Notes: generated from the sequence alone by a model not told the origin. 64,000 nucleotides of DNA from an uncultured Flavobacteriaceae bacterium (GCA_964595535.1 CAZQRD010000004.1:5071-69070); one strand, 5' to 3'. Counted from the first letter of the stretch, positions 27,379 to 38,242 are shown. Made by a program: numbers and translations.

Positions 27379-28800
27379 ATGGAAAAAGGAGCTGCTAATA
27401 GAATTTTAAATTTAACGAATGAGCTGAGGTGGAAGATTGGTGAAGATTTTCACGACCTTCTCGCTGAAGGAATCTATGCAGATGCATCTGATATTGCTGA
27501 AAGTTCTGTCAGTAAGACTTCAGAAAAAAACAAGTTTAGGATCGATCGGAAGATTGATGAGATCGTCACAAGCAGAATCTGGGGATTTCCCATCATGCTA
27601 TTGCTGCTGGGCCTTGTTCTTTGGCTGACCATTGAAGGAGCAAATTATCCTTCTGCCATGCTTGCGAATATTTTACTGGACGATTTCCATCCCTTCCTTA
27701 AAAATTTATCTGCCGCCATAGGGATACCCTGGTGGCTTGATGGATTTTTGCTTGATGGGGTATACTTGGCGGTAGCCTGGGTGATCGCAGTGATGCTTCC
27801 TCCAATGGCTATTTTCTTTCCCTTGTTTACTTTGTTGGAAGATTTTGGATATTTGCCCAGAGTTGCGTTCAATATGGACAACCTCTTTAGAAAATCAGGA
27901 GCCCATGGTAAACAAGCCCTTACCATGAGTATGGGATTCGGTTGTAATGCTGCAGGTGTTGTTGCCACGCGTATAATTGATAGTCCAAGAGAGCGATTAA
28001 TCGCTATCATCACTAATAACTTCTCACTGTGTAATGGCCGCTGGCCAACCCAGATCTTGATCGCGACAATTTTTGTTGGAGCACTGGTTCCAAAATCTTT
28101 TTCAAGTCTTGCCTCTTTGTTGGCGGTGGTTGGAATTGCTGTACTTGGAATCGCCTTTATGTTCCTGGTTTCCTGGGGGCTATCGAGAACAGTGCTCAAG
28201 GGAGAAGTTTCTACTTTTAATTTAGAATTGCCTCCATACCGACCTCCAAGGTTTTGGAAGACCATTTATACCTCCTTGATTGACAGAACAATGATTGTTC
28301 TTTGGAGGGCGATTGTTTTTGCCGCTCCTGCCGGAGCATTGATCTGGCTCATCTCCAATATTCATATTGGTGATTTAAGTTTGGCGGGATGGACGGTTCA
28401 AAGTTTGGATGGATTTGGATTTTTGCTAGGACTAAATGGAGTCATACTATTGGCTTATATAGTTGCTATTCCGGCCAATGAGATTGTCATTCCAACTATT
28501 TTGATGCTAACAGTTTTGGTTACTGGTATGACAGGAGGAGAAGGAGCAGGAGTAATGTTTGAATTGGATTCGATTTCTGACACAGGGGAGATTCTAAGAG
28601 CTGGTGGATGGACCTTATTAACAGCTGTTAATCTAATGCTGTTCAGCTTATTACACAATCCATGTAGTACCACGATCTATACAATATACAAGGAAACCAA
28701 AAGCGCAAAATGGACAATTGTCGCCTCCGTTTTACCAGTGGTCATGGGTTTTATAATCACTTTTTTAGTAGCTCAAATCTGGAGGATACTCGCTGAATAA
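27379..28800 (+). CDS. feoB: FeoB membrane (Gate/core) half
   Basis: [32 protein letters not shown]; starts 1 nt after the GTPase stop in a different frame. Confidence 0.9.
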   Translation: MEKGAANRILNLTNELRWKIGEDFHDLLAEGIYADASDIAESSVSKTSEKNKFRIDRKIDEIVTSRIWGFPIMLLLLGLVLWLTIEGANYPSAMLANILLDDFHPFLKNLSAAIGIPWWLDGFLLDGVYLAVAWVIAVMLPPMAIFFPLFTLLEDFGYLPRVAFNMDNLFRKSGAHGKQALTMSMGFGCNAAGVVATRIIDSPRERLIAIITNNFSLCNGRWPTQILIATIFVGALVPKSFSSLASLLAVVGIAVLGIAFMFLVSWGLSRTVLKGEVSTFNLELPPYRPPRFWKTIYTSLIDRTMIVLWRAIVFAAPAGALIWLISNIHIGDLSLAGWTVQSLDGFGFLLGLNGVILLAYIVAIPANEIVIPTILMLTVLVTGMTGGEGAGVMFELDSISDTGEILRAGGWTLLTAVNLMLFSLLHNPCSTTIYTIYKETKSAKWTIVASVLPVVMGFIITFLVAQIWRILAE

Positions 28801-28805
28801 ATAAA

Positions 28806-29455
28806 CAAACGGAGACTGATTTACAAATTGAAAGCGGCATGCTGCTCAAATATGCAGAAGAAGATGAAATTTCTTTACGTGAAATTGCTGTTCCGAGCAC
28901 TTTATTCCGATATGGAATTACAAAAGGAATAGAAATAAGAGTGGTGAATCAATATGTGAATATAAAGGATGAAAAAACTTTAGAGGAAATTTCGGGAATT
29001 ACAGATCTTGAATTAGGGCAAAAATTCAGTTGTTTAAAAAGGAAAACAGAAATATAGAAATTGCATTATTGTCTCATGTAATACTACCTATTGGCACTAA
29101 GGAAGTATCTTTTGAGAAGGTGGGAACCATAAATAAATTATGCTTTTCTCATCAATTAAGTGATAAGGTAGGTTTGGGATATAATGTTGGGTTTAATTAT
29201 TTTGGATATGATGATGGTTTTCTAACATATTCTGTGGCACTAGGTCTTGAAATTACGAGGAAGGCAGGAATATATATTGAACCCTATGGTAATATTGGCC
29301 TTTTTGATGAACCTCTTGCTAATATTGACTCTGGAATTACGTATTTGTTGAAAGATAATTTTCAGCTTGATTTTTCATTTGGAACGGGCCTTAATTATAC
29401 CATGAATTATATTTCGGCGGGATTTAGTTGGAACATTGCTCCTAAAGCCAATTGA
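28806..29455 (+). pseudogene. COG4313 / Phenol_MetA_deg-type outer-membrane beta-barrel 'transporter', truncated and frameshifted
   Basis: QTE..LQIESG...PSTLFRYG...SGITDLELG then +1 frame AKIQLFKKENRNIEIALLSH...NFQLDFSFGTG...SAGFSW. One G missing at 29016-29018; no start codon or signal peptide (in-frame TGA at 28794). Confidence 0.75.
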
Positions 29456-29552
29456 TATAAACAGGTCATAACTTTAGCAAAAGCAGCTAGAATTTTTAAA
29501 GTAAACCGGTCTTGTTTAAGGCCATTTTCATTACTTTTATTCAAAAATATAC

Positions 29553-32500
29553 TTGTTGAACAACGCTTCTACATTTCAGGTCTATAATGCTTCTGCTGGC
29601 AGTGGGAAAACCTTTACACTGGTTAAGGAATATTTAAAGATTATTTTAAAGAATCCTGATCAAAGATTGTATCAGCAGATACTTGCCATAACATTTACAA
29701 ATAAGGCCGCGACTGAAATGAAGGACCGGATACTTGAGAATTTGCTAAGATTTTCTATCATGAATAAAGAAGACGAGCAAAATGATATGTTGCTTGTGCT
29801 GCTTTCTGAAACAGGACTTGACCGTAGTAAGTTACAACTCAGATCAAAGGAAAGGCTGCAGGATATTCTGAAAAATTACGCGTCTTTTCATATTAAAACC
29901 ATTGATAGTTTTACCAACAAACTGATCAAGTCTTTTGCTTTTGATCTTGGGCTAACTTCTGATTTTGAGGTAGAGCTTGATACTGATTCTATTTTAAAGG
30001 AGGCCGTTGATGCAGTTTTGTCGCGAATCGGGGTTGATATGGAGTTGACAAAACTTTTGGTGTCATTTTCAAAAGAGAAGACACTTGAAGACAAGTCTTG
30101 GGATGTAAGCAGGGATCTTTTTGATATTTCAAAACTTATTTTGAATGAAAATCATGCTCAAGAACTTCATAAGCTGGCTGAAAATAATCTGTCATCTTTT
30201 TCCGGCCTCTCAGGCAAATTGAGAAAGGAACAAAGGGTATACAAAAAGTCTCTTGAGGATATCGCAGTTAAGGCGTTGAATTTGATAGGAGATAAGGGCA
30301 TTGATCATTCAGACTTTCAAAGATCACAGTTTCCTAAATTTTTTCTTAAGATGATGCAACAGCCTGAATATCTTGATTTTAATAAAGAGAGCAGTTTGGC
30401 AAGGAATATTGCACAAAGAAACTTCTATGGCAAAAACAAGCCGGTAAGTATTAGCTCAGCGATAGAGAGTATTGCCGATGAATTGATAGATCTTTACAGA
30501 AATGCCTGTCAGATTTTCGAAAAATTTAAATTGAATGAACTCATATTGAAAAACCTTGTTCCACTAGCGGTGATCAACACGATTCATCAAGCCCTGGAAG
30601 AGATCAAAACAAACAATAATATCAGATTAAATGCTGAGTTCAATCAAATGATTAGTGAGCACCTTGTCAATGAGCCCGCAGCGTTTATTTATGAAAAATT
30701 AGGAGAACGATTCAAATATTTTTTTATTGATGAAATGCAAGATACCTCGGTCTTACAGTGGCAAAATTTGATTCCTTTAATCGATAATGCCCTGAGTTCT
30801 GAAGGGGCCGGATTAATGTTGGTGGGTGATGCAAAACAGGCAATTTATCGTTGGAGAGGTGGTAAAGCGGAGCAGTTTATCGATTTATCTTCAGATCAGA
30901 ACGACTATCGTGCCAACCCCTTTCAAACCTTAAAAATTGCGAAAAATCTTGATACAAATTACCGTAGCCTCAGTGAAATAATAGGGTTCAATAATCGTTT
31001 TTTTACACGTATATCACAGCACTTTGGCAACGAAACTTACAGAGATTTGTACAGCTTGGGAAATACTCAAAAGACAAACTCGAAAAAGGGTGGTTATGTT
31101 AGTCTTCAATTCATGGAAGGATTGAAAAATGCCGAATTGAGAGATGAAGTTTATCCTCAATTGGTGCATGAAACTATTGTTGAACTATTAGAACAATTTA
31201 ATCCTAATGAAATTTGCATATTGGTTAGGAAGAAGAAGGAAGGTGTTGCTATTGCCAGGTATCTCACAGATCATGGAATGGATATTGTAAGTTCTGAGAC
31301 TTTACTGATAAAGAACAATATAAAGGTCAATTTTATCATTGGTTTATTACAAATGCTTGCTGATGACAATAATGATGACGCGAAATTTACCGTATTAAAT
31401 TTTCTGTACGACCATTTGGGAATTACGTCAGAAAGGCATGATTTTTTGGCAAATTTGATACAAAGGAGATCAGATGAAATATTTAAGGAGCTCGAACGGT
31501 ACCAGGTTTTTTACAATGCCCGTAGATTCAATGAGTATTCGATTTTTGAAGGGGTGGAAGATATAATCAGAAGTTTTCGATTAACGACTGTTTCAGATGC
31601 TTTTATACAATTCTTTATGGATTTTGTATTCGACTATACGCAGAGGAAGTCTCAGAAAAGTATTTCTTTTATAGCTTACTGGGAGGAGAAAAAGGAGAAA
31701 TTGAACATTGTTAGCTCAGACGACTTGCAAGCCGTTCGAATTATGACTATTCACAAGTCAAAGGGACTTGAATTTCCAGTTGTGATTTTTCCATATAACC
31801 TTGATCTCTATTATGAAAGAGATCCTAAAGCGTGGTATTCAGATTTGAAAGAGGAGCACTTTAATGATTTTGATAGTATTTTGGTCGATGCTTCCTCAGG
31901 TATCAAAAAGACTGGCGAACATGGAACAAGTATTTTTGAAGAGCAGCGGAAGGAAAAGGAACTGGACAGCTTTAATCTTTTATATGTTTGTTTGACCAGA
32001 GCCGTTGAACAGCTATATGTTATTTCGGAGCTAAAAAAATCGAATGATATAATCGGCACAAGTACACAGTTGTTTGTAGATTTTCTGACACATGAGGGAC
32101 GTTGGGAAGAAAACCTTTTAGCGTATGAGTTTGGTGATAAAAAAAGGAATGTGACAAAGAAGACCTTGACAGGACTGGCTGAAATTCAGCAGGAATTTGT
32201 AAGTAGTTCATGGAGCGATCATCAGATTCATATTGTGGCCAACTCAGAATTACTATGGGATACAGAACGGGCTGAAGCTATTGGATACGGAAATCTGATA
32301 CATGAAATGATGGAGAGAATTGAACAGGAGAATGATGTAGAACAAGTACTTGAACAATTTGTCAATAAAGGAATATTGCGAAAAGAAGAATTACACAACA
32401 TTCGTAATCTGGTTTTGAGTATTGTTCAACACCCCATACTCAGGCCATATTTTGAGCCTGGTCTCATGATCATTAACGAAAGAGAGATCCTGACTGAATC

Positions 32501-32699
32501 GGGGCAGGTAATTATTCCGGACAGGCTGATAATAGAACAACAAAATGTAACAGTGATTGATTATAAAACGGGCAAACCTAATAAAAGTCACCAGCTTCAA
32601 ATCGATAATTATGCCGTAGTTTTACAAAAATTGAATTACAAGGTGCTTGACAAAATTCTGGTCTATATAGATGAGAACATTACAATTATGAAAAGTTAA
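29553..32699 (+). CDS. AddA/RecB-like UvrD helicase with C-terminal PD-(D/E)xK nuclease
   Basis: ASAGSGKT, DEMQD, VGDAKQAIYRWRG, TIHKSKGLEF, LYVCLTRA; C-terminal PDRL...IDYKTG...Q..Y; TTG start. Confidence 0.9.
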   Translation: MLNNASTFQVYNASAGSGKTFTLVKEYLKIILKNPDQRLYQQILAITFTNKAATEMKDRILENLLRFSIMNKEDEQNDMLLVLLSETGLDRSKLQLRSKERLQDILKNYASFHIKTIDSFTNKLIKSFAFDLGLTSDFEVELDTDSILKEAVDAVLSRIGVDMELTKLLVSFSKEKTLEDKSWDVSRDLFDISKLILNENHAQELHKLAENNLSSFSGLSGKLRKEQRVYKKSLEDIAVKALNLIGDKGIDHSDFQRSQFPKFFLKMMQQPEYLDFNKESSLARNIAQRNFYGKNKPVSISSAIESIADELIDLYRNACQIFEKFKLNELILKNLVPLAVINTIHQALEEIKTNNNIRLNAEFNQMISEHLVNEPAAFIYEKLGERFKYFFIDEMQDTSVLQWQNLIPLIDNALSSEGAGLMLVGDAKQAIYRWRGGKAEQFIDLSSDQNDYRANPFQTLKIAKNLDTNYRSLSEIIGFNNRFFTRISQHFGNETYRDLYSLGNTQKTNSKKGGYVSLQFMEGLKNAELRDEVYPQLVHETIVELLEQFNPNEICILVRKKKEGVAIARYLTDHGMDIVSSETLLIKNNIKVNFIIGLLQMLADDNNDDAKFTVLNFLYDHLGITSERHDFLANLIQRRSDEIFKELERYQVFYNARRFNEYSIFEGVEDIIRSFRLTTVSDAFIQFFMDFVFDYTQRKSQKSISFIAYWEEKKEKLNIVSSDDLQAVRIMTIHKSKGLEFPVVIFPYNLDLYYERDPKAWYSDLKEEHFNDFDSILVDASSGIKKTGEHGTSIFEEQRKEKELDSFNLLYVCLTRAVEQLYVISELKKSNDIIGTSTQLFVDFLTHEGRWEENLLAYEFGDKKRNVTKKTLTGLAEIQQEFVSSSWSDHQIHIVANSELLWDTERAEAIGYGNLIHEMMERIEQENDVEQVLEQFVNKGILRKEELHNIRNLVLSIVQHPILRPYFEPGLMIINEREILTESGQVIIPDRLIIEQQNVTVIDYKTGKPNKSHQLQIDNYAVVLQKLNYKVLDKILVYIDENITIMKS

Positions 32700-32707
32700 A
32701 TACAGAT

Positions 32708-33196
32708 ATGAATACGATAGATATTATTATTGGGATTATCCTGATTTTTGGTACGGTCAATGGGTTTAGAAAGGGTTTATTTGTAGAGGTCACTACGCTG
32801 GTTGGACTGGTTCTAGGAGTTTTCGGAGCTATTCATTTTTCCTATTTTTTGGGAGATTTCCTCAAAGATAGTGTGAGTTGGGACGAATCTATGATTCAGG
32901 TTGTTTCCTTTGCCGGTACATTCCTGATCATATTGATAGCCTTAGTTTTATTGGGTAAAGCCATGACCAAAGTTGCTGAGACCATAGCTCTTGGGTTTTT
33001 TAATAAAATGGTTGGAGCCATTTTCGGGTTTTTAAAGTACGCCTTGATCTTAAGTATTGTATTGATCGTTTATAACGAAATCAACACGTCACTTCGATTT
33101 GTTGAAAAAGAAAAGGTCAAAAAATCGGTTTTATATGAACCCGTTAAGAATTTTGCTCCGGCCATATTTCCGAATTTGGTGAAAGTAGTTAAATAG
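32708..33196 (+). CDS. cvpA: CvpA family membrane protein
   Basis: NTIDIII, GFRKGL..EV, NKMVGAIFG; 4 TM segments. Confidence 0.9.
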   Translation: MNTIDIIIGIILIFGTVNGFRKGLFVEVTTLVGLVLGVFGAIHFSYFLGDFLKDSVSWDESMIQVVSFAGTFLIILIALVLLGKAMTKVAETIALGFFNKMVGAIFGFLKYALILSIVLIVYNEINTSLRFVEKEKVKKSVLYEPVKNFAPAIFPNLVKVVK

Positions 33197-33297
33197 AATA
33201 ATCTTGATCGGGTAGATTATAAGATGATAAAATATCTTCAAATGGCTCGGTTATTGAATGGAAATTATCGTTATTTTTGCCTTGCTAAACCTTAATT

Positions 33298-34116
33298 ATG
33301 TCCACAGTGAAAAAGGAGTACAAGAGAATTACAACCAAAACATTGGTTGAGATGAAAAAGCAAGGTGAAAAAATAGCCATGCTGACGGCCTATGACTATA
33401 CCATGGCAAAGATTGTTGATCATGCAGGAATAGATATTATTTTGGTAGGTGACTCTGCGTCAAATGTTATGGCCGGTCATGAAACGACCTTGCCCATAAC
33501 CCTAGATCAGATGATTTATCATGCTTCTTCAGTAGTGCGGGCAATTGAAAGGGCTCTGGTGGTGGTAGACCTTCCTTTTGGTACTTATCAGGGAAACTCC
33601 AGACAGGCATTGGATTCTGCGATCAGGATCATGAAAGAATCAGGAGGACACTCGGTTAAACTTGAAGGTGGAGCTGAAATTTCAGAATCCATCTTACGAA
33701 TTCTATCGGCTGGAATTCCGGTTATGGGACACTTGGGTTTAACGCCTCAATCAATCTATAAATTTGGTACCTATTCGGTTAGAGCCAGGAAAGAAGAAGA
33801 GGCTGATAAACTAAAAAAAGATGCCAAACTACTTGAGGAATTGGGATGTTTTGCAATAGTTCTTGAAAAAGTGCCTGCAAAGTTGGCCAAGGAGGTAGCA
33901 GAAAGTGTTAGTATTCCGGTGATTGGAATTGGAGCAGGAGACGGTGTTGATGGTCAGGTTTTAGTTACACATGACATGCTGGGAATGACCCATGAATTTA
34001 GTCCAAGATTTCTTAGAAGGTATCTTGATCTTTACACTGAAATGGGGAATGCTTTCAAAAGCTATATTTCGGATGTTAAATCTCGTGATTTTCCAAATAA
34101 GGAAGAACAGTATTAA
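33298..34116 (+). CDS. panB: 3-methyl-2-oxobutanoate hydroxymethyltransferase
   Basis: [32 protein letters not shown]. Confidence 0.97.
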   Translation: MSTVKKEYKRITTKTLVEMKKQGEKIAMLTAYDYTMAKIVDHAGIDIILVGDSASNVMAGHETTLPITLDQMIYHASSVVRAIERALVVVDLPFGTYQGNSRQALDSAIRIMKESGGHSVKLEGGAEISESILRILSAGIPVMGHLGLTPQSIYKFGTYSVRARKEEEADKLKKDAKLLEELGCFAIVLEKVPAKLAKEVAESVSIPVIGIGAGDGVDGQVLVTHDMLGMTHEFSPRFLRRYLDLYTEMGNAFKSYISDVKSRDFPNKEEQY

Positions 34117-34125
34117 TGTACAACT

Positions 34126-34149
34126 CTCGCCATATTGGCGAGTTTTTTT
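34126..34149 (+). terminator. Intrinsic terminator of panB
   Basis: CTCGCCA-TAT-TGGCGAG followed by T7. Confidence 0.8.
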
Positions 34150-34248
34150 ATTTTAACTTTTAACCAAATTTTAACAAGAAAAAACTCAGCTAACCCTTAG
34201 ATTTGTTGCCCTTGTTGTCTAAAAATGAATAGAAATTTAAAAAGATAA

Positions 34249-35253
34249 ATGGATACACAAAACACGAATGTTGATATCAGATTGATCAACGAAAAAATAG
34301 AGAGAGAAAGTGCATTTGTCGACCTGCTGCAACTTGAAATGAACAAGGTTATTGTAGGGCAAAAACACATGCTTGAAAGATTGCTTATTGGATTGCTTGG
34401 AGATGGTCATATTTTATTGGAAGGAGTTCCTGGATTGGCTAAAACGCTAGCAATTAATACGTTGGCCAGAGCTGTAAAAGGATCTTTTAGCAGAATTCAA
34501 TTTACACCAGATCTACTACCTGCAGATGTTATTGGTACCATGATCTTTAATATGAAGGAGAATGATTTCTCTATTAAAAAGGGTCCCATATTTGCCAATT
34601 TTGTCTTGGCGGATGAGATCAACAGGGCGCCTGCTAAAGTTCAATCAGCTTTGCTTGAAGCTATGCAGGAGCATCAGGTAACCATAGGGGATACTACTTT
34701 CAAATTGCAGGAACCGTTTTTGGTACTCGCCACTCAGAACCCTATTGAGCAGGAAGGAACTTATCCCTTACCGGAAGCACAGGTTGATAGATTTATGCTG
34801 AAAACAGTGATCGATTACCCCAAAATGGCTGATGAGCAAATAATTATGAGACAAAATCTTGCAGGAGGATTTGATAAAGTGAACCCTGCAGTATCTATAG
34901 AACAAATTATCCGGGCAAGAGCATCTGTAAAGGAAGTTTATATGGATGAAAAGATTGAAAAATACATACTGAGCATTATTTTTGCTACCCGATATCCGGA
35001 AGAGTATCGTTTAGCTGACCTCAAGCCACTAATTAGCTTTGGAGCTTCTCCTAGGGGTAGTATCAATTTGGCGATGGCGGCAAAATGTTATGCTTTTATT
35101 AAGAGAAGAGGATATGTAATTCCGGAGGACGTTCGTGCAGTAGTGCATGACGTACTTCGCCACAGGATCGGAATAACTTACGAAGCCGAGGCCGAGAATA
35201 TTACTTCTGTTGACATCATTAACAAGATCGTTAACGAGGTTGAGGTGCCTTAA
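34249..35253 (+). CDS. moxR: MoxR-family AAA+ ATPase (Bat-associated)
   Basis: EGVPGLAKT, RIQFTPDLLP, DEINRAP, TQNPIEQEGTYPLPEAQVDRF. Confidence 0.95.
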   Translation: MDTQNTNVDIRLINEKIERESAFVDLLQLEMNKVIVGQKHMLERLLIGLLGDGHILLEGVPGLAKTLAINTLARAVKGSFSRIQFTPDLLPADVIGTMIFNMKENDFSIKKGPIFANFVLADEINRAPAKVQSALLEAMQEHQVTIGDTTFKLQEPFLVLATQNPIEQEGTYPLPEAQVDRFMLKTVIDYPKMADEQIIMRQNLAGGFDKVNPAVSIEQIIRARASVKEVYMDEKIEKYILSIIFATRYPEEYRLADLKPLISFGASPRGSINLAMAAKCYAFIKRRGYVIPEDVRAVVHDVLRHRIGITYEAEAENITSVDIINKIVNEVEVP

Positions 35254-35342
35254 TCACTTTATTGATCAGCAACTATACCGCTCTTGATGGATATCATCAG
35301 AAAGGAATGAAGGGTTGAGAATTTTAATTAGAATACTGGTAA

Positions 35343-36209
35343 GTGGATACTAAAGAATTACTTAAAAAAGTAAGAAAGATAGAGATTAAGACAAGGAGAT
35401 TGTCTGATCATATTTTTTCAGGAGAATATCACAGTTCCTTTAAGGGACGTGGTATGACCTTTTCTGAAGTAAGGCAGTATCAGTTTGGTGATGACATAAG
35501 ATCAATTGATTGGAATGTTACTGCCCGATATCATGAACCTTATATCAAGGTATTTGAAGAGGAACGGGAACTGACCATGATGCTGGTCGTTGACATCAGC
35601 GGATCTGAATCGTTTGGAACTACGCAGCAATTCAAAAGAGATATCTTGACAGAAATAAGTGCGACACTTGCATTTTCAGCTATCCAGAACAATGATAAAG
35701 TAGGATTATTACTATTCTCCAATGAGATAGAACTATTTATTCCTCCGAAAAAAGGCAAGACTCATGTCTTGAGAATCATCAGGGAGTTGATCGAATTCAA
35801 ACCTAAAAGTAAAAAAACTGACCTCAGCCATGCCTTACGTTACTTTTCTAATGTGATGAAGAAAAAGGCAATTGTGTTTATTTTGTCTGATTTTATTGAT
35901 ACCGGATATGACAATGCTTTAAAGATTGTAGGCAAGAAACATGATGTAACGGGTATTCGTGTATATGATAAACTTGAGACAGAATTACCAAAATTGGGAA
36001 TGGTACCAATGAGAGATGCTGAAAGTGGAGAGATTGTGCTTGTAAATACAAACTCCAAATCGGTAAGAGGAAATTATCGCGCACATTATCTTAAAACCGT
36101 TGATTACTTCGAAGATTCCTTTAAAAAAAGCGGGTCGGGCGTAATCAATAACAGGATTGATGAAAGTTACGTTAAAAAGTTATTGGGATATTTTAAAAGA
36201 AGAGCTTAA
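35343..36209 (+). CDS. DUF58 vWA-like protein
   Basis: GRGMTFSEVRQYQFGDDIRSIDWNVTAR, VVDISGS, ILSDF; GTG start. Confidence 0.93.
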   Translation: MDTKELLKKVRKIEIKTRRLSDHIFSGEYHSSFKGRGMTFSEVRQYQFGDDIRSIDWNVTARYHEPYIKVFEEERELTMMLVVDISGSESFGTTQQFKRDILTEISATLAFSAIQNNDKVGLLLFSNEIELFIPPKKGKTHVLRIIRELIEFKPKSKKTDLSHALRYFSNVMKKKAIVFILSDFIDTGYDNALKIVGKKHDVTGIRVYDKLETELPKLGMVPMRDAESGEIVLVNTNSKSVRGNYRAHYLKTVDYFEDSFKKSGSGVINNRIDESYVKKLLGYFKRRA

Positions 36210-36251
36210 CAGGTATTAAAAAAAATTGACCTGAAAAATGAAAATTCTAGA

Positions 36252-37244
36252 ATGAGATATTTAGTGTATCTGACATATAAAATCGAGGAATCGTTTAAAG
36301 ATTCAAAGAACTTTCGCTCTGCGGTATTTTTTAGAAAGTGCTTCGTGGTTTTGTTTTTTCTACTGAGTTTTTCAAGTTATGCTCAGGTGTCGAGTAAAAT
36401 AGATACTACCCAGATCAGGATAGGAGAACAGATCAATTATGAGATCATCGTTGATGAGACCAAAGATGTGCGGTTTCCAAAGTTCGAATCAGATAGTTTG
36501 AATAGAATTGGGGTTGTGACTTCTCATAAGATTGATTCTTTAAAGAATCAATTGATCAAAAAGTATACACTCACAAGTTTTGACAGTGGTCGTTATGTAT
36601 TGCCCGGTCAGGAAATTTTTATAAAGGATAAGCGCTTTTTAACTGATCAGGTGATTATTGATGTGTCTACTGTTGCAGTTGACACCATAAAGCAGCCAAT
36701 GTACCACATTAAGGAGATTAAGACTGAGCCTTATTTGTTTAGTGATTACCTTAACTATTTCTGGGGGCTGATTGCACTTTTGATTGTTATAGGATTGATT
36801 CTGTACTTTGTTTTAAGGGATAAACCGACTGAAGAGGAACTTTTTTCAAGAATTCCGCCTTTTGATGCAGCTAAAATTAGGTTGAAAGAATTGGATGAGA
36901 AGGGCCTCATTTCACAAAACAAAGTCAAACTGTATTATGTTGAACTAACAGATATTGTAAGGACCTTTATTGAACGTGAATTAAATATTCCCGCTTTAGA
37001 ATCGACAACAGATGAGTTATTGGAAACCATAACTGATTTCAACAGTAGCAGCAATTTGAATATTCCGAAAAATACGCTGGTAAAATTGCAAAAATTGTTA
37101 AAGGAAGCTGATTTGGTGAAGTTTGCCAAATCAAAGCCGCTTCAAAATGAAATTGCAATTCACAGGGAAGATGCAGAAGGAATTATAGACATCCTGCATC
37201 CCGTTAATGTAGAACCAAAAGAAGTAGATGATGATGGGCAGTAA
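36252..37244 (+). CDS. Bat-operon single-TM protein (BatD-like Ig domain / DUF4381-like)
   Basis: IDTTQIRIGEQ, LTSFDSG, one TM helix, C-terminal ALESTTDEL...ADLVKFAK; located between DUF58 and batA. Confidence 0.75.
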   Translation: MRYLVYLTYKIEESFKDSKNFRSAVFFRKCFVVLFFLLSFSSYAQVSSKIDTTQIRIGEQINYEIIVDETKDVRFPKFESDSLNRIGVVTSHKIDSLKNQLIKKYTLTSFDSGRYVLPGQEIFIKDKRFLTDQVIIDVSTVAVDTIKQPMYHIKEIKTEPYLFSDYLNYFWGLIALLIVIGLILYFVLRDKPTEEELFSRIPPFDAAKIRLKELDEKGLISQNKVKLYYVELTDIVRTFIERELNIPALESTTDELLETITDFNSSSNLNIPKNTLVKLQKLLKEADLVKFAKSKPLQNEIAIHREDAEGIIDILHPVNVEPKEVDDDGQ

Positions 37245-38232
37245 TTTGGAATTTACAAACCCAGAATATCTGTGGTTTTTAGTATTGATTCCGGTAATGG
37301 TTCTTTGGTACTTTTTTGTACGAAAGAAAGACAGCGCAGTTTTACATATGCCAAGTATTGCCAGTTTTGAACATAATAATATATGGGCCAAATTAAAACC
37401 CTTATTGTATCTGTTGAGACTTTTGGCAATTTCATTCCTTATTGTTGCATTGGCGCGTCCACGTAACGTTGAGGTAAGTAAAAGAACCAAAACGACTCGA
37501 GGAATAGATATAGTAATGGCGATAGATGTTTCTGCCAGTATGCTTGCAAAAGACTTAAAACCAAACAGACTTGAAGCATTGAAGGCAGTAGCAAGTAAAT
37601 TTGTTCAGAAAAGGCCCAATGACAGAATAGGAATTGTTGTGTACGCAGGAGAGAGTTTTACACAAACTCCCATCACCAGCGATAAGGCGATCATACAGAA
37701 TACCATCAGGAAAATAAGATGGGGTCAGATTGAGGATGGTACAGCCATTGGTATGGGGCTTGGTTCTGCTGTGAACAGATTAAAAGACAGCAAGGCAAAA
37801 AGTAAAGTAATTATCCTTTTGACTGATGGGGTTAACAATACAGGGTTCGTCGATCCAAAAACAGCAACCGAATTGGCGAAACAGTTAAGCATCAAAGTGT
37901 ATACCATAGGTTTAGGGACGAATGGAACAGCGCTATTTCCTGTAGCCAAAGATTTAAATGGCAAACTTATTTTTAGAAACGCTCCTGTTGAAATTGATGA
38001 GGATCTGTTAAAGTATATAGCCTCTGAAACAGAGGGGAAATATTTCAGAGCGACTGGAAATAAAAAGTTGGAAGCCATTTATGACGAAATAAATAAGCTT
38101 GAAAAAACTGAAATCGAAGAATTTAAATATTATAATTATCAGGAAAAATTTAGACCGTTATTGATGTTTGCAGGATTTTTAATTTTACTGGAGATGTTGT
38201 TGAGATTTACGGTTTATAGAAGTTTTATCTAG
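37228..38232 (+). CDS. batA: BatA vWA protein
   Basis: Double-TM N-terminus with LARP, MIDAS site DVSAS, GTAIG, LLTDG. Confidence 0.92.
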   Translation: MMMGSNLEFTNPEYLWFLVLIPVMVLWYFFVRKKDSAVLHMPSIASFEHNNIWAKLKPLLYLLRLLAISFLIVALARPRNVEVSKRTKTTRGIDIVMAIDVSASMLAKDLKPNRLEALKAVASKFVQKRPNDRIGIVVYAGESFTQTPITSDKAIIQNTIRKIRWGQIEDGTAIGMGLGSAVNRLKDSKAKSKVIILLTDGVNNTGFVDPKTATELAKQLSIKVYTIGLGTNGTALFPVAKDLNGKLIFRNAPVEIDEDLLKYIASETEGKYFRATGNKKLEAIYDEINKLEKTEIEEFKYYNYQEKFRPLLMFAGFLILLEMLLRFTVYRSFI

Positions 38233-38242
38233 GTTAACGCAT

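Noticed and set aside
27645-28265. 206-aa antisense ORF inside the FeoB permease
   Set aside because: Typical stop-poor shadow frame of a hydrophobic gene
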